The notes under the pieces: generated by a model
Database searches by the model: none
What the model saw: the letters and a program-made list of their open reading frames with translations, nothing else
What the model was told of the DNA's origin: nothing
Part shown: in pieces, positions 27,006 to 35,443 of the stretch
Numbering within the stretch: position 1 is the first letter of the stretch
How the letters are laid out: every line of letters starts with the position of its first letter
Position numbers and translations under genes: made by a program
From: a virus
Taxonomy: Duplodnaviria > Caudoviricetes
IMG/VR virus record: IMGVR_UViG_2934470325_000001
Coordinates: 44,623-108,622 of that record
Strand: one strand, 5' to 3'
Length of the DNA: 64,000 nt

Positions 27006-27740
27006 TCAGGTGATGTTGAGGTCCCGGAAGATGCGCTGAGGATCGACGACGGTCCAGATCGGCGCGGTGAGAAGCCGTTGCACCTCGTTTTCCTGGCCTG
27101 TTGGCGGCTGTGGCGGCGTGGCCGGGGTGGCAAGTAGACGTGTCGGGTAGCCCATGACGTCGGCCCACGGGTCGTCGGGGTCGTTTCGGTCACCGATGCC
27201 GAGGATGCCGGCGATTTCGCTGGCGGACATGAGCTGTTCGTTGACCCATCGGTCCAATGCCTCGATCGGCAAGGTGCAGCGCGCCGGGTGGTCGTCTGGT
27301 TCGAGGTGGCGGGTGTTGCCGAGCTCCCGTTCGAGCCGCGCCCATCTGTCCCGCATCAGCGCCGTGAAGTCAGCGGCGTCGAATAGTTCGTCTTCGGTGA
27401 TGTCGAGTCCGACGTAGCGGTGTCCGTCGTCGAGGCGGAGATGCCACATGCCGGGCCGGTCGCGGTGCTTGTACACGTTGGCGTTGTGGGGGCCGGTGTA
27501 TCCGCCGTGTGGGTCGCCGAATGCGGTGGCGGGGATCAGGTGGCTGTCGTCGGTGGCGGTGACGAGGTCGGGTCGCCAGCGCATGGGTGTGGCGTAGTGG
27601 CCATTTGTGCTGGTGTCGGTGTCTTCGGCGATGTGTGTGGGTTCGCAGTCGGCCGAGCAGTAGGGAGAGCCGGTGCGGGGTGCCGCTCCGCACGGGCACA
27701 GGTTGTGGAGGGTGGCGTCGATGCGGTCGAGGATGCTCAT
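27006..27740 (-). CDS. Hypothetical protein with N-terminal Cys cluster
   Basis: Start at ATG 27740; CPCG..YCSADC. Confidence 0.7.
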   Translation of the reverse strand: MSILDRIDATLHNLCPCGAAPRTGSPYCSADCEPTHIAEDTDTSTNGHYATPMRWRPDLVTATDDSHLIPATAFGDPHGGYTGPHNANVYKHRDRPGMWHLRLDDGHRYVGLDITEDELFDAADFTALMRDRWARLERELGNTRHLEPDDHPARCTLPIEALDRWVNEQLMSASEIAGILGIGDRNDPDDPWADVMGYPTRLLATPATPPQPPTGQENEVQRLLTAPIWTVVDPQRIFRDLNIT

Positions 27741-27753
27741 GGTGTCTCCAGGG

Positions 27754-27948
27754 CTACCGGGGTGGCAGGCCAGACCTGATGCGGGTAAGCCGTAGTTGAT
27801 GTGCCGCCTCGTTGCGCGCTGTGTCTGCCTTGAAGTATGCAAACAGGGCGCAGAAGAGGAACCCCCACACCCCGAGGAACAGCAGGGTGAAGACGGTGAG
27901 GGTGACGGCCAGCCAGATCGGCATTCCGGGCAGAACTTCCGCGTTCAC
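27754..27948 (-). CDS. Small membrane protein
   Basis: GTGA-coupled; long hydrophobic helix. Confidence 0.65.
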   Translation of the reverse strand: MNAEVLPGMPIWLAVTLTVFTLLFLGVWGFLFCALFAYFKADTARNEAAHQLRLTRIRSGLPPR

Positions 27949-28142
27949 TGCGCCTCCATGATTCGCCGCCAGGTGGTGTGGCTGTCGGCAGTGAGCTGTT
28001 CGGGGGTGGGCGGTGTGGTGGCGTGCTGGTGGTCGCCGGGCGGCCAGTTGTAGATGAGGTTGGGGTGTGGTTTGCCGAGCTGCCAGTCTTCGATTACCGC
28101 GTCGGGGGTGGCCCCGCACCACCAGCAGCGGGCCTCGGTCAC
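27945..28142 (-). CDS. Hypothetical protein (CWWC motif)
   Basis: GTGA-coupled at both ends. Confidence 0.65.
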   Translation of the reverse strand: MTEARCWWCGATPDAVIEDWQLGKPHPNLIYNWPPGDHQHATTPPTPEQLTADSHTTWRRIMEAQ

Positions 28143-28375
28143 GGCGTCGAACCGCTGCGAGGTGCGCCTTGGGCCACCTGTCGGGCTCGGTTCCGCCGGT
28201 AGGCGTGATGGCCGAACAGGGCGGTAGCGACCGTGTAGGTGAGGACGATTGCCCACGTCGGGGGATGCACGATCCATGCCCACAGGGCCAGTAGGGTTGC
28301 CATGGCCAGGTACAGCACAGTGAGTGCCGCGATTCTTGGGCTGTTGTCTCGCAGCCAGAGGCGGGTGTTGGTCAC
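28139..28375 (-). CDS. Small 2-TM membrane protein
   Basis: GTGA-coupled; two hydrophobic helices. Confidence 0.65.
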   Translation of the reverse strand: MTNTRLWLRDNSPRIAALTVLYLAMATLLALWAWIVHPPTWAIVLTYTVATALFGHHAYRRNRARQVAQGAPRSGSTP

Positions 28376-28818
28376 TGTGGGCTCCATTCGGGTCGGTATC
28401 CGGGCTCGGTCGAGAATGCGGCGGCGACAGTGCGGACGGTCGGGCAGGGCCACAGTCCGTCGACTGGGTCATCGCAGGCGAGGCCGCTATCCGAGTGGCA
28501 CAGTTCGTCGCAGTGTTCGCACTGGGTCACGGCGGGCCGATACATGACTTTGTCGACCGCCGAGTATGCGGCGGGCAGGGCGCGAGGTGCGTGCAGTTCG
28601 AGGATGCGCCGCTGGGCGTCGAGTTCGGCGAGCCGTTCCCGGCAGACCCGTTCCACGGCGGGCCAGTCGTGCCAGCCGGGGATGTACTTGCCCAGCAGCT
28701 TCGGGTCTTTCAGGGTGAGGGTTGTCTGCTGCGCCCAGTAGAGGAGTTCCCGGGTGCGGGTTTCGGCCGCCGTGATCTGCTGGCCGAGCCACACGTGCAG
28801 TTCGTCGGTCGCGGTCAT
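28372..28818 (-). CDS. DUF6221-like protein (paralog 1)
   Basis: WLGQQI..LAELDAQRRILELH..WPCPTVR..PGYRPEWSP. Confidence 0.75.
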   Translation of the reverse strand: MTATDELHVWLGQQITAAETRTRELLYWAQQTTLTLKDPKLLGKYIPGWHDWPAVERVCRERLAELDAQRRILELHAPRALPAAYSAVDKVMYRPAVTQCEHCDELCHSDSGLACDDPVDGLWPCPTVRTVAAAFSTEPGYRPEWSPQ

Positions 28819-29009
28819 CGTCCGTCCATCCAGCGCATGAAACCGGCGATGCTGTAGAGCAGCGTGCCGCCGATTGCGGCACCGATGATGGCCGGTGTGA
28901 CATCGAAGGCGACGCCGAAGAGTGCAATGGGCACGCTGGTGGCGGTGGCGACGATGGCGAGTTCCCCCGATGGGCTGATACGGGACTGGTTCGGGGTGGG
29001 GTGGGTCAT
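28815..29009 (-). CDS. Small 2-TM membrane protein
   Basis: ATGA-coupled; hydrophobic. Confidence 0.65.
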   Translation of the reverse strand: MTHPTPNQSRISPSGELAIVATATSVPIALFGVAFDVTPAIIGAAIGGTLLYSIAGFMRWMDGR

Positions 29010-29425
29010 GGTCGCCACTCCTCTCGGTAGCCCTCCCTGTCAGCGTGCGGCAGGGCGAGCGTTTTCAGCAGCAATTCCGAAGCGCTTGGGTTCGGGTAGT
29101 TGGAGAACTCCTGCCAGATCGTCTCTTCGAGCTTGACGGCCTCCGGGTACACGGTGTCAAGGATGCGCCGCGTGGCTTCCACCTCGGCCAGGGCGCTAGC
29201 CGGGTCGTTGTCGGCGATGTGTTCGGCGGTGGCTTCACCGAGGCTGCCCCATCCGGCGGCGTCTGCGACGGGGTTGCTGTCGATGGGGTTGGCTGGTCCG
29301 ACGCTGCCGTGGCGTGCTTCCCAGTGGAGCCCGGTGTTGCCGGGGTATTCGGCGGCTGCGGCTCGGGCGCGTGCTTCGCGAGCGTCGAGCTGGGCGTGCA
29401 GCCAGACGATCAGTGCGTCGAGCAT
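29006..29425 (-). CDS. DUF6221-like protein (paralog 2)
   Basis: WLHAQLD..HIADNDPASALAEVEATRRIL..LALPHADREGYREEWRP. Confidence 0.8.
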   Translation of the reverse strand: MLDALIVWLHAQLDAREARARAAAAEYPGNTGLHWEARHGSVGPANPIDSNPVADAAGWGSLGEATAEHIADNDPASALAEVEATRRILDTVYPEAVKLEETIWQEFSNYPNPSASELLLKTLALPHADREGYREEWRP

Positions 29426-29718
29426 CGCTCTGCCCTGCCCGTGAACGTCAGCCGGTGAGCGATCGTCTCTGGTGGGCGGACTGCCATCGGCACGGTCACC
29501 TTGTCGCACAGCACCGTGTCCCCGTCGACCACCATGTTGCTGTCGCGGCGTACGAAGCGGTCGGTGGTGATGGTGCCGGCGTTCTCGTCAACGGTGATGG
29601 TGGCGTCTACGGGGATGTCTTCGGGGTTGAGGTTGTTGGCGGTCAGCCAGTCGAGTAGGGCGGGGCGGAGCGGATAGTTGGGCTGCTCGAACAGCCACAC
29701 CGCGTGGTCGTTGGTCAT
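29410..29718 (-). CDS. Hypothetical protein
   Basis: ATGA-coupled to the upstream gene. Confidence 0.65.
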   Translation of the reverse strand: MTNDHAVWLFEQPNYPLRPALLDWLTANNLNPEDIPVDATITVDENAGTITTDRFVRRDSNMVVDGDTVLCDKVTVPMAVRPPETIAHRLTFTGRAERCSTH

Positions 29719-30140
29719 GGCTGGCTCCACATTTCCTGGTAGCCGGGGCGGTCGTCGTACACGGCGGCTAGTGCGTGCCGTTCAGGGCAGTCGTTGACGT
29801 TCCCCACAACGGGGTCGTCGCAGTCGCCTTCGTAGCCGCAGCCGTGGCAGCAGTCATCGAACGTGCCGCCTGGCTGGCCGGTGATGTCGGCGCGTCGTCG
29901 GTGGATGGCGAGGATGCGCCGTTTGAGCCCAGCTTCACGCAGGGCGCGGTTCGGGTCGTTGAGGACCATGTGTTCGGCTGCACCTTCGATGTACACCCAG
30001 TCGACCACGTCGTCCGTCGAGCTGCCGGAGCGGATGGTGCCATCGAGGGTCCACGTGCGGTCTTTCTCAGGCACTCTGAGGGCGGTGCGTTCATCTTCGT
30101 CTATTTGCGCGTGAAGCCACGCCGCCTGCTCGTCGGTCAC
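29715..30140 (-). CDS. DUF6221-like protein (paralog 3)
   Basis: WLHAQIDEDER..HMVLNDPNRALREAGLKRRIL..LAAVYDDRPGYQEMW. Confidence 0.8.
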   Translation of the reverse strand: MTDEQAAWLHAQIDEDERTALRVPEKDRTWTLDGTIRSGSSTDDVVDWVYIEGAAEHMVLNDPNRALREAGLKRRILAIHRRRADITGQPGGTFDDCCHGCGYEGDCDDPVVGNVNDCPERHALAAVYDDRPGYQEMWSQP

Positions 30141-30412
30141 TGCGCCTCCGATCGGGACGCGCCGATCACGGGTACGGGCTCCGGCACTTCCTCCGGTTCG
30201 CGGGTGGTGCCGTAGCCGCCCCAGCCGTATTCCATGCCCTCCGGTGGCGGGCCGGGGCAGGTCTGCTTCCAGCCGTCCGGCCAGCAGTGTTCGCAGAAGA
30301 AGAACCCGCACACGGTGCAGCAGGGCCCGTTGTGGCCTCGCCCTTCAAACTCAACATCGTGGGCGAAGTTGTCGGGGCGGCCCTTGGCGTCGGTCTGCCA
30401 GGTGTGGCTCAT
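30137..30412 (-). CDS. Small Cys-rich hypothetical protein
   Basis: HNGPCCTVCGFFFCEHC; coupled at both ends. Confidence 0.7.
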   Translation of the reverse strand: MSHTWQTDAKGRPDNFAHDVEFEGRGHNGPCCTVCGFFFCEHCWPDGWKQTCPGPPPEGMEYGWGGYGTTREPEEVPEPVPVIGASRSEAQ

Positions 30413-30597
30413 GGTCGCCATCCTCGTTTCCAGTGCCGCAGCGCGTATGCGAGCAGGATGCGGATCATCTCGGAGCGGTTGGGGTTGCCGTGGCGGTCGA
30501 GGACGCCTTCGTCGTGGGCGAGTTGTTCGAGTATGCCGATGGCGGGTTTCGACGCCCGGAAGTAGACGGGTTGGCGTTCTTTCCCGCCGGTGGACAT
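30409..30597 (-). CDS. Ribbon-helix-helix DNA-binding protein
   Basis: VYFRAS..LEQLAHDEG..NRSEMIRILL; RBS GGGAGG. Confidence 0.75.
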   Translation of the reverse strand: MSTGGKERQPVYFRASKPAIGILEQLAHDEGVLDRHGNPNRSEMIRILLAYALRHWKRGWRP

Positions 30598-30615
30598 AGG
30601 GCACCTCCCGTTCAC

Positions 30616-30624
30616 ATTTTACCA
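30616..30624 (-). promoter_or_regulatory. Extended -10 promoter TGG-TAAAAT upstream of the RHH gene
   Basis: AT-rich patch in a GC-rich genome, matching TGnTAnnnT. Confidence 0.55.
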
Positions 30625-30636
30625 GTTCAGCACGCG

Positions 30637-30879
30637 TTACAGATCATGGTGGGGGCTGTTGTTGGGTGCCTTTTCTGGGCTGTTTTCGTGGGCGGCGTCG
30701 AACAGGTCGGGGCCGGTCTGTCCCGGCGTGCGGGGTCGGGGGATGCGGGGTGGGAGTACACCGCGCTGCCGGGCGCACGTCTCCCCGAGGCCGTCGTGCA
30801 GCACACCGGTGGGGACTGGGCGGTGGCAGCATCGGCATCGGGCAGGCTGGGGTGCGCCCGGCAGCAGCGGCAAGGTCAT
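30637..30879 (-). CDS. DUF6011-like small Zn-finger protein
   Basis: RCRCCHRP..GLGETCA. Confidence 0.7.
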   Translation of the reverse strand: MTLPLLPGAPQPARCRCCHRPVPTGVLHDGLGETCARQRGVLPPRIPRPRTPGQTGPDLFDAAHENSPEKAPNNSPHHDL

Positions 30880-30883
30880 CGGT

Positions 30884-31369
30884 TCAGAGCGTCTGTGCGG
30901 GGTTGGGGGTGGCCTCGGGTGCCGGGGCGGCGCGTTCGGCCGCCACAGGCGCGCTCAGCGGGCCGGCGGTGGCGTCGAACATGTTCACGACCCGCTGCCA
31001 GCGGGCAAAAGCCTCCTCATGGTCGTGAACGGTGACGGTCAACGGTGTCACCTCAAAGCGTTCGCCGCGCACGATCGCCGCGCGGCTGGGTATCCGCACG
31101 GTGTTGGTGGCGAGCCACTGGTTGTGCACGTCGGCAATGTGTTCGGCGATCTCCCGGGACCACACCATGTCCGCAGCGATCACGCCACCGGATGCGAGTG
31201 TGCGACCGTCGGTGGTGACAGCCCAGCCGCCGATCTCGTTGTTGGGGACAGCCGTCCAGGCGGCGGCGAGCATGTGGGTGGTGCGGTCGTCTGTGTGCTG
31301 TGTCTGGGCGAGTCGGCAGCCGTCCCCGTTGAGGGGTAGGCAGATCGCGTGCGAACAGCCGTCGGTCAC
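30884..31369 (-). CDS. Hypothetical protein
   Basis: Coupled ORF; IAEHIADVHN motif. Confidence 0.65.
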   Translation of the reverse strand: MTDGCSHAICLPLNGDGCRLAQTQHTDDRTTHMLAAAWTAVPNNEIGGWAVTTDGRTLASGGVIAADMVWSREIAEHIADVHNQWLATNTVRIPSRAAIVRGERFEVTPLTVTVHDHEEAFARWQRVVNMFDATAGPLSAPVAAERAAPAPEATPNPAQTL

Positions 31370-31737
31370 GGGGTCACCTCCGGAATGGGTTCGATCTCGT
31401 GTTCGGGCACGCCGAGCATCGCGGCAACGTCCTCCCCGGCGGCTTCGAGCCCTCGCGCGAACGCCCGGTGCATGGCGGCTTGCCGCTTGTCGCGGGCGTC
31501 ACCGGTCTTGGCGCGTTCCTGCGACCGCTGGTAGGTGTTGGCGGCCCGGTATTCGTCGGCGTGCCGCCGCAGATGCCAGTACAGGTGGGTGAGGGTGGCC
31601 GTGTAGGCGGCGTCGGCTGCCGCCCGGAAGCCTTCACCGGTGCCGAGCCCTTCGCGGTCGACGTACGCGTCATGAGTGGCGGCGTGGATCGCCTCGGGGG
31701 CGGTCGCGCGCAGCGGCGTGGTGGCGTTGTCGGTCAC
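31366..31737 (-). CDS. Hypothetical protein
   Basis: GTGA-coupled helical ORF. Confidence 0.65.
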   Translation of the reverse strand: MTDNATTPLRATAPEAIHAATHDAYVDREGLGTGEGFRAAADAAYTATLTHLYWHLRRHADEYRAANTYQRSQERAKTGDARDKRQAAMHRAFARGLEAAGEDVAAMLGVPEHEIEPIPEVTP

Positions 31738-32048
31738 GGCTGCACCTGCGCCGGCATCGCATCCGCCCCGAAGACCTCGCCGAGATGCGCAACCTGCTCG
31801 GCCCGGCTGCGCGGGTCGTTCTCGCAGTTCCACAACATGACGTGCTCGGGCCGCTCGGCGTGGATGTTGATGAGGGCAAAGAACCGGTAGCCGATCTCCT
31901 TGCCGAGCAGCCAGCAGGGAATGTGGATGTTGTCTCGGGCGAACGTGACCTGGTCGAAGTCAGTGGCGGGGATGATCAGGGTGATCGTGTTGTCGTCGAT
32001 GGCGGCGAGGCGGACCACGGTGCGGTAGAGCGCGTTGGAGTCGGTCAT
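31734..32048 (-). CDS. Hypothetical protein
   Basis: RBS GAGGAG; globular composition. Confidence 0.7.
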   Translation of the reverse strand: MTDSNALYRTVVRLAAIDDNTITLIIPATDFDQVTFARDNIHIPCWLLGKEIGYRFFALINIHAERPEHVMLWNCENDPRSRAEQVAHLGEVFGADAMPAQVQP

Positions 32049-32058
32049 GGGTGTCTCC

Positions 32059-32322
32059 TCAGGCGGTGGGTCGGTTGATCGGCGGAACGTACGAGGCGTC
32101 GAGGGCGGCAGACCGGCCCTCCTCGGTCAGCCACACCTGCACCGCACGCGGGGCGGGCGACGACTTCCACACGACCAGGCCGGCAACGTTGAGGGCGGCT
32201 ACGGCGGTGCGGATGCTGGGCCGGGAGGGGAACGTCCAGCAGGGTTCGCCGAGGCGGTGGCGGGCGGCGAGGACTTCGAGGATCAGCCATTGGGTGGGTG
32301 GCAGGGTGTCGGTGTCGATCAC
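32059..32322 (-). CDS. Small winged-helix-like protein
   Basis: LPPTQWLILEVL..LNVAGLV..VWLTEEGR. Confidence 0.7.
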   Translation of the reverse strand: MIDTDTLPPTQWLILEVLAARHRLGEPCWTFPSRPSIRTAVAALNVAGLVVWKSSPAPRAVQVWLTEEGRSAALDASYVPPINRPTA

Positions 32323-32334
32323 GGGTGGTCCTCC

Positions 32335-32937
32335 TCAGGCGGGGATGAGTGGTTCGGGTGCGGTCGGACACAGCAGGCGTGCGAGGCCGGTGCGGGACGG
32401 CAGCGTGACCGTGCGGGCCTCCGGGTTGATGTGGATGACGGGCAGGCCGGCGCGGTGGGCTTTCGTCAGCGCCGAGTAGGTGCCGCCGTCGAGCTTCGAC
32501 GGGCACCACACGGCCACCACGGCGTTGGAGGCGGCGAGCAGCCCGTCGTTGCGTTTGTGTAGCAGCCGCACCACCACCCGCTTCCGGGCGTGCTCGGCCA
32601 GTCCGGCGAGGTCCCCGTACACCACCTCACGGTCGGCGTGGGCGCGCAGCCGCTCCCATTCGGCGACAGCCTGCGGGTTGCTGCGCCGCCACGGGTCGGG
32701 CTGCTGCGGGAACGGAATGTGCGCGGCGTACGGCACTTCGGCCAGGTGCAGCGACTGCGCCCACCACATGTCCGCACCCAACGCCATGCCGGTGATGCCG
32801 GTGGTGAGGCCGTGGTGGTCGCGGAGTTTCACCGCGAGCCGGTCGAGTTCGCCGCGCACCCAGTCTTCGGTTCCGGCGGCCAGGTGTTGGGGGCGGTGGC
32901 CGGTCACCATCACCGACGGCCACACCGAGGCGGTCAC
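32335..32937 (-). CDS. YspA/DUF1273-like SLOG-family protein
   Basis: VTGHRP, TGMALGADMW, RNDGLL and GGT motifs. Confidence 0.85.
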   Translation of the reverse strand: MTASVWPSVMVTGHRPQHLAAGTEDWVRGELDRLAVKLRDHHGLTTGITGMALGADMWWAQSLHLAEVPYAAHIPFPQQPDPWRRSNPQAVAEWERLRAHADREVVYGDLAGLAEHARKRVVVRLLHKRNDGLLAASNAVVAVWCPSKLDGGTYSALTKAHRAGLPVIHINPEARTVTLPSRTGLARLLCPTAPEPLIPA

Positions 32938-33977
32938 GGCAGGATCCCCCGCCGCCGCTGCTGCGCCTCCCACAGCAAGTCCCCGGCGACCGGAGAAAGC
33001 GATGTGCCCCCACCCGACAGGTCCCCGCCGATGCAGCCGCCCCCACGCCCCCGGTAGCCGCAGTCGAAACCCGGCCGCGCGTACGCGCCCTCGTTGCCGG
33101 CCAGTTCGACCCGGTTCCAGCAGGGCGTCTCCTGCCGGTACCCGGACGGCCCGTGCAGGCCAGTGCAGAACGGGCCGGCGGTGCATTCGATGCGCTGCTC
33201 GGCGGGCATGCCGTGCCGCTCGTGGATGAACGTGATCCCTGGACACGAGGCGATCCGGGGCACATCCGGGTTGTCGGCGAGCCTGCCGGCTCGCTCGTAC
33301 TCTTCGGCCCCACCCCAGCAGGCGGCCCGACCGGCGTGGAACGTGGGCCCGGGCGCTCCCGGCACAAGCCGTGACTCCTCCGGGAAGGTCACCGTCTTCT
33401 GCCGGGTGGTGATCGGCTCAAGGCAGTGGGCGCACACCCCCGGCTGGGCGGTCGCCATCAGCCGGTCCATCTTCCTCAACTGGTGTTGGGTGAGAACCGC
33501 CCGGTCGATCTCCTGGCACGGCCACGGATGCCCGTGGCACGAGCACGTTTGGTAGGGGTCCGGCAGGCGGTGCCACTGGTTGCGGTGCGGCCAAGACGTG
33601 AAGTGAATCTCGCGGGTGCCGTCGTGGAGCCTGATGAACCCGCGCTCCTCACCCGGCTTGATGATCAGCGGTCCGTTGTGGTGGCGCAGCACGAGGTGGA
33701 ACGGCCGGTTACGGGCGTAGGCGAGGTCGCGCTTCTCGCCGGTCAGGGGGGCAACGGACGCATCGAGCTTCGCCTGCCGCTTGTCGGTCAGATCGACGTC
33801 GAGGTAGGGGCGGGTTTCGTGGACGAGCCACGCCGCGTATCGCCACGCCACCAAGTCGCCGACCTCGGGGCGGGTGCAGCCGTACGAGTCGCGGCGGTTG
33901 CTGCGCGCCGGGGCCCACTGGTCGGGGTCTTGTGCACCGTTGTTGTGCAGGCCGGGCAGGGGCAGTTCCTCGGTCAC
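32934..33977 (-). CDS. Cys/His-rich hypothetical protein
   Basis: CSCHGHPWPC, CAHC and further Cys/His clusters; coupled. Confidence 0.7.
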   Translation of the reverse strand: MTEELPLPGLHNNGAQDPDQWAPARSNRRDSYGCTRPEVGDLVAWRYAAWLVHETRPYLDVDLTDKRQAKLDASVAPLTGEKRDLAYARNRPFHLVLRHHNGPLIIKPGEERGFIRLHDGTREIHFTSWPHRNQWHRLPDPYQTCSCHGHPWPCQEIDRAVLTQHQLRKMDRLMATAQPGVCAHCLEPITTRQKTVTFPEESRLVPGAPGPTFHAGRAACWGGAEEYERAGRLADNPDVPRIASCPGITFIHERHGMPAEQRIECTAGPFCTGLHGPSGYRQETPCWNRVELAGNEGAYARPGFDCGYRGRGGGCIGGDLSGGGTSLSPVAGDLLWEAQQRRRGILP

Positions 33978-34243
33978 GACGTCGCCTCCCCGGCGTACCA
34001 CTCCATCGCGCGGCGGGCGGCCTCGCCACGGCGTACCGCCCTTCCAAGCACCTGCCGCACAGCAGCCAGCAGTTCCCCGTACTCGGGGTCCGTGTCATCG
34101 GTGGGCACCAGCAGCGACCCGCGCAGCTCAGCCGAACCGGGCCAGCCCATCCGCGTGTAGCCGCGACCGTGGCCGGCAGTCGTGAACCCGGCGGCGGTCA
34201 GGGCGGCAACCAGGCGGGTGCCCTCGTTCTCCGGGGCGCTCAC
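33974..34243 (-). CDS. Hypothetical protein
   Basis: GTGA-coupled. Confidence 0.65.
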   Translation of the reverse strand: MSAPENEGTRLVAALTAAGFTTAGHGRGYTRMGWPGSAELRGSLLVPTDDTDPEYGELLAAVRQVLGRAVRRGEAARRAMEWYAGEATS

Positions 34244-34830
34244 GCGGCGGCCCTCCGCTCCGCCACGACACCCATGCCGACGGCACACGCCTCGCACCGG
34301 GGAACCCCGAACCGGTCCCGGCCGCCGCCCGACGGGCGCATGCACGACACGCACACCCCCAGCAGCGGCAGCGGCGAGAGAAACACGGCGTGCTCCCGCA
34401 TCACCCACGCGAACGCCTCCGCGAAACTCATCCGGGACGGCAGCGGCGTGTACGGGGACCGCCACGGCGACGACGGCGTGCAGTACAACGGACGCCACCC
34501 GTACGCCATCAGGAACGCGCGCCGGCCCTCCCGTCGCACACCCCGGGCAACCAGGCTGGCAGGCGTGCCCTCGGTCAGCCGGGCGTGGACGGCGCGGGCC
34601 GCGTCGGCGGCGTGGTCGGCATCGGCGAGACGGGCGGCGCTGATCCGGGTGGCGTCGGCGACCCTGCGCGGGTGGGCGGAGACACTCCGCGCGCCGTCCA
34701 GGCACGACCGGCGGGATGCCGCCCCGCACGTCAGGCAGGAGATGTCGGAGGCGCGCACGGCGGGGTACGCGGTCAGGTGGAGGGTGCGCGTGTGATCGGC
34801 GTACTGGTCGGCGGTGATCGTGTCGCTCAT
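34240..34830 (-). CDS. Zn-finger protein
   Basis: CLTCGA..C..HPRR and C-terminal CxxC..CxxC. Confidence 0.7.
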   Translation of the reverse strand: MSDTITADQYADHTRTLHLTAYPAVRASDISCLTCGAASRRSCLDGARSVSAHPRRVADATRISAARLADADHAADAARAVHARLTEGTPASLVARGVRREGRRAFLMAYGWRPLYCTPSSPWRSPYTPLPSRMSFAEAFAWVMREHAVFLSPLPLLGVCVSCMRPSGGGRDRFGVPRCEACAVGMGVVAERRAAA

Positions 34831-35027
34831 GCGGCAGCCTCCATCCGGACGGTCTGGGCAGGTGTCAGCGGCGGGCAATCCTGCGGGTCGTGCCCGCACA
34901 CACCCGGCACCAGGACGGTGATCCCGTCACGGGCAGCCGTCACACGGCCATCCGGGCGGAAGATCACCTCGTAGTCGTGGCGGGCCAGGAAGTCGCCCGC
35001 AAGCCACACTCCACATGCGGTGGTCAT
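34827..35027 (-). CDS. Hypothetical protein
   Basis: Coupled small ORF. Confidence 0.6.
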   Translation of the reverse strand: MTTACGVWLAGDFLARHDYEVIFRPDGRVTAARDGITVLVPGVCGHDPQDCPPLTPAQTVRMEAAA

Positions 35028-35443
35028 CACGCGACCCCTGTCGCTTCCCGCGCCGACCCGTGCTCCTGCGCCACCCGGTGCAGAAGACCCATCCAGTTCG
35101 TCGCGTTGAACCAGTTCTTCTCGTACAGGTGGGCCGTCCACTTCACCAGTGCGTAGATCGTTTGGCACTGCCGCAGGTCAATCGAGTAGCAGCCGCAGCA
35201 GTTGTGCACGCAGCCGGCGCAATGCACCTGCCAGCGGGCCGGCTGCGGCATCAGCATCAGGCTCGCCAGGGACACCATCTCGGCGTCCCGGCTGCGGCCC
35301 TGCTCGTAGTCGGAGAACGACTTCTCGGCGGCGCTCACCGTCTGCAAGTCGATGTGGATGCACCCGGTGGTGGTTACGGCGCGACAGGTGTCGCACCGCC
35401 ACGTGATCCGTCCGGGCAGGTCGTCTGAGGGGTTCATGGTCAC
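35027..35443 (-). CDS. Cys-rich hypothetical protein
   Basis: WRCDTC..WQVHCAGC..WTAHLYEKNW. Confidence 0.7.
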   Translation of the reverse strand: MTMNPSDDLPGRITWRCDTCRAVTTTGCIHIDLQTVSAAEKSFSDYEQGRSRDAEMVSLASLMLMPQPARWQVHCAGCVHNCCGCYSIDLRQCQTIYALVKWTAHLYEKNWFNATNWMGLLHRVAQEHGSAREATGVA

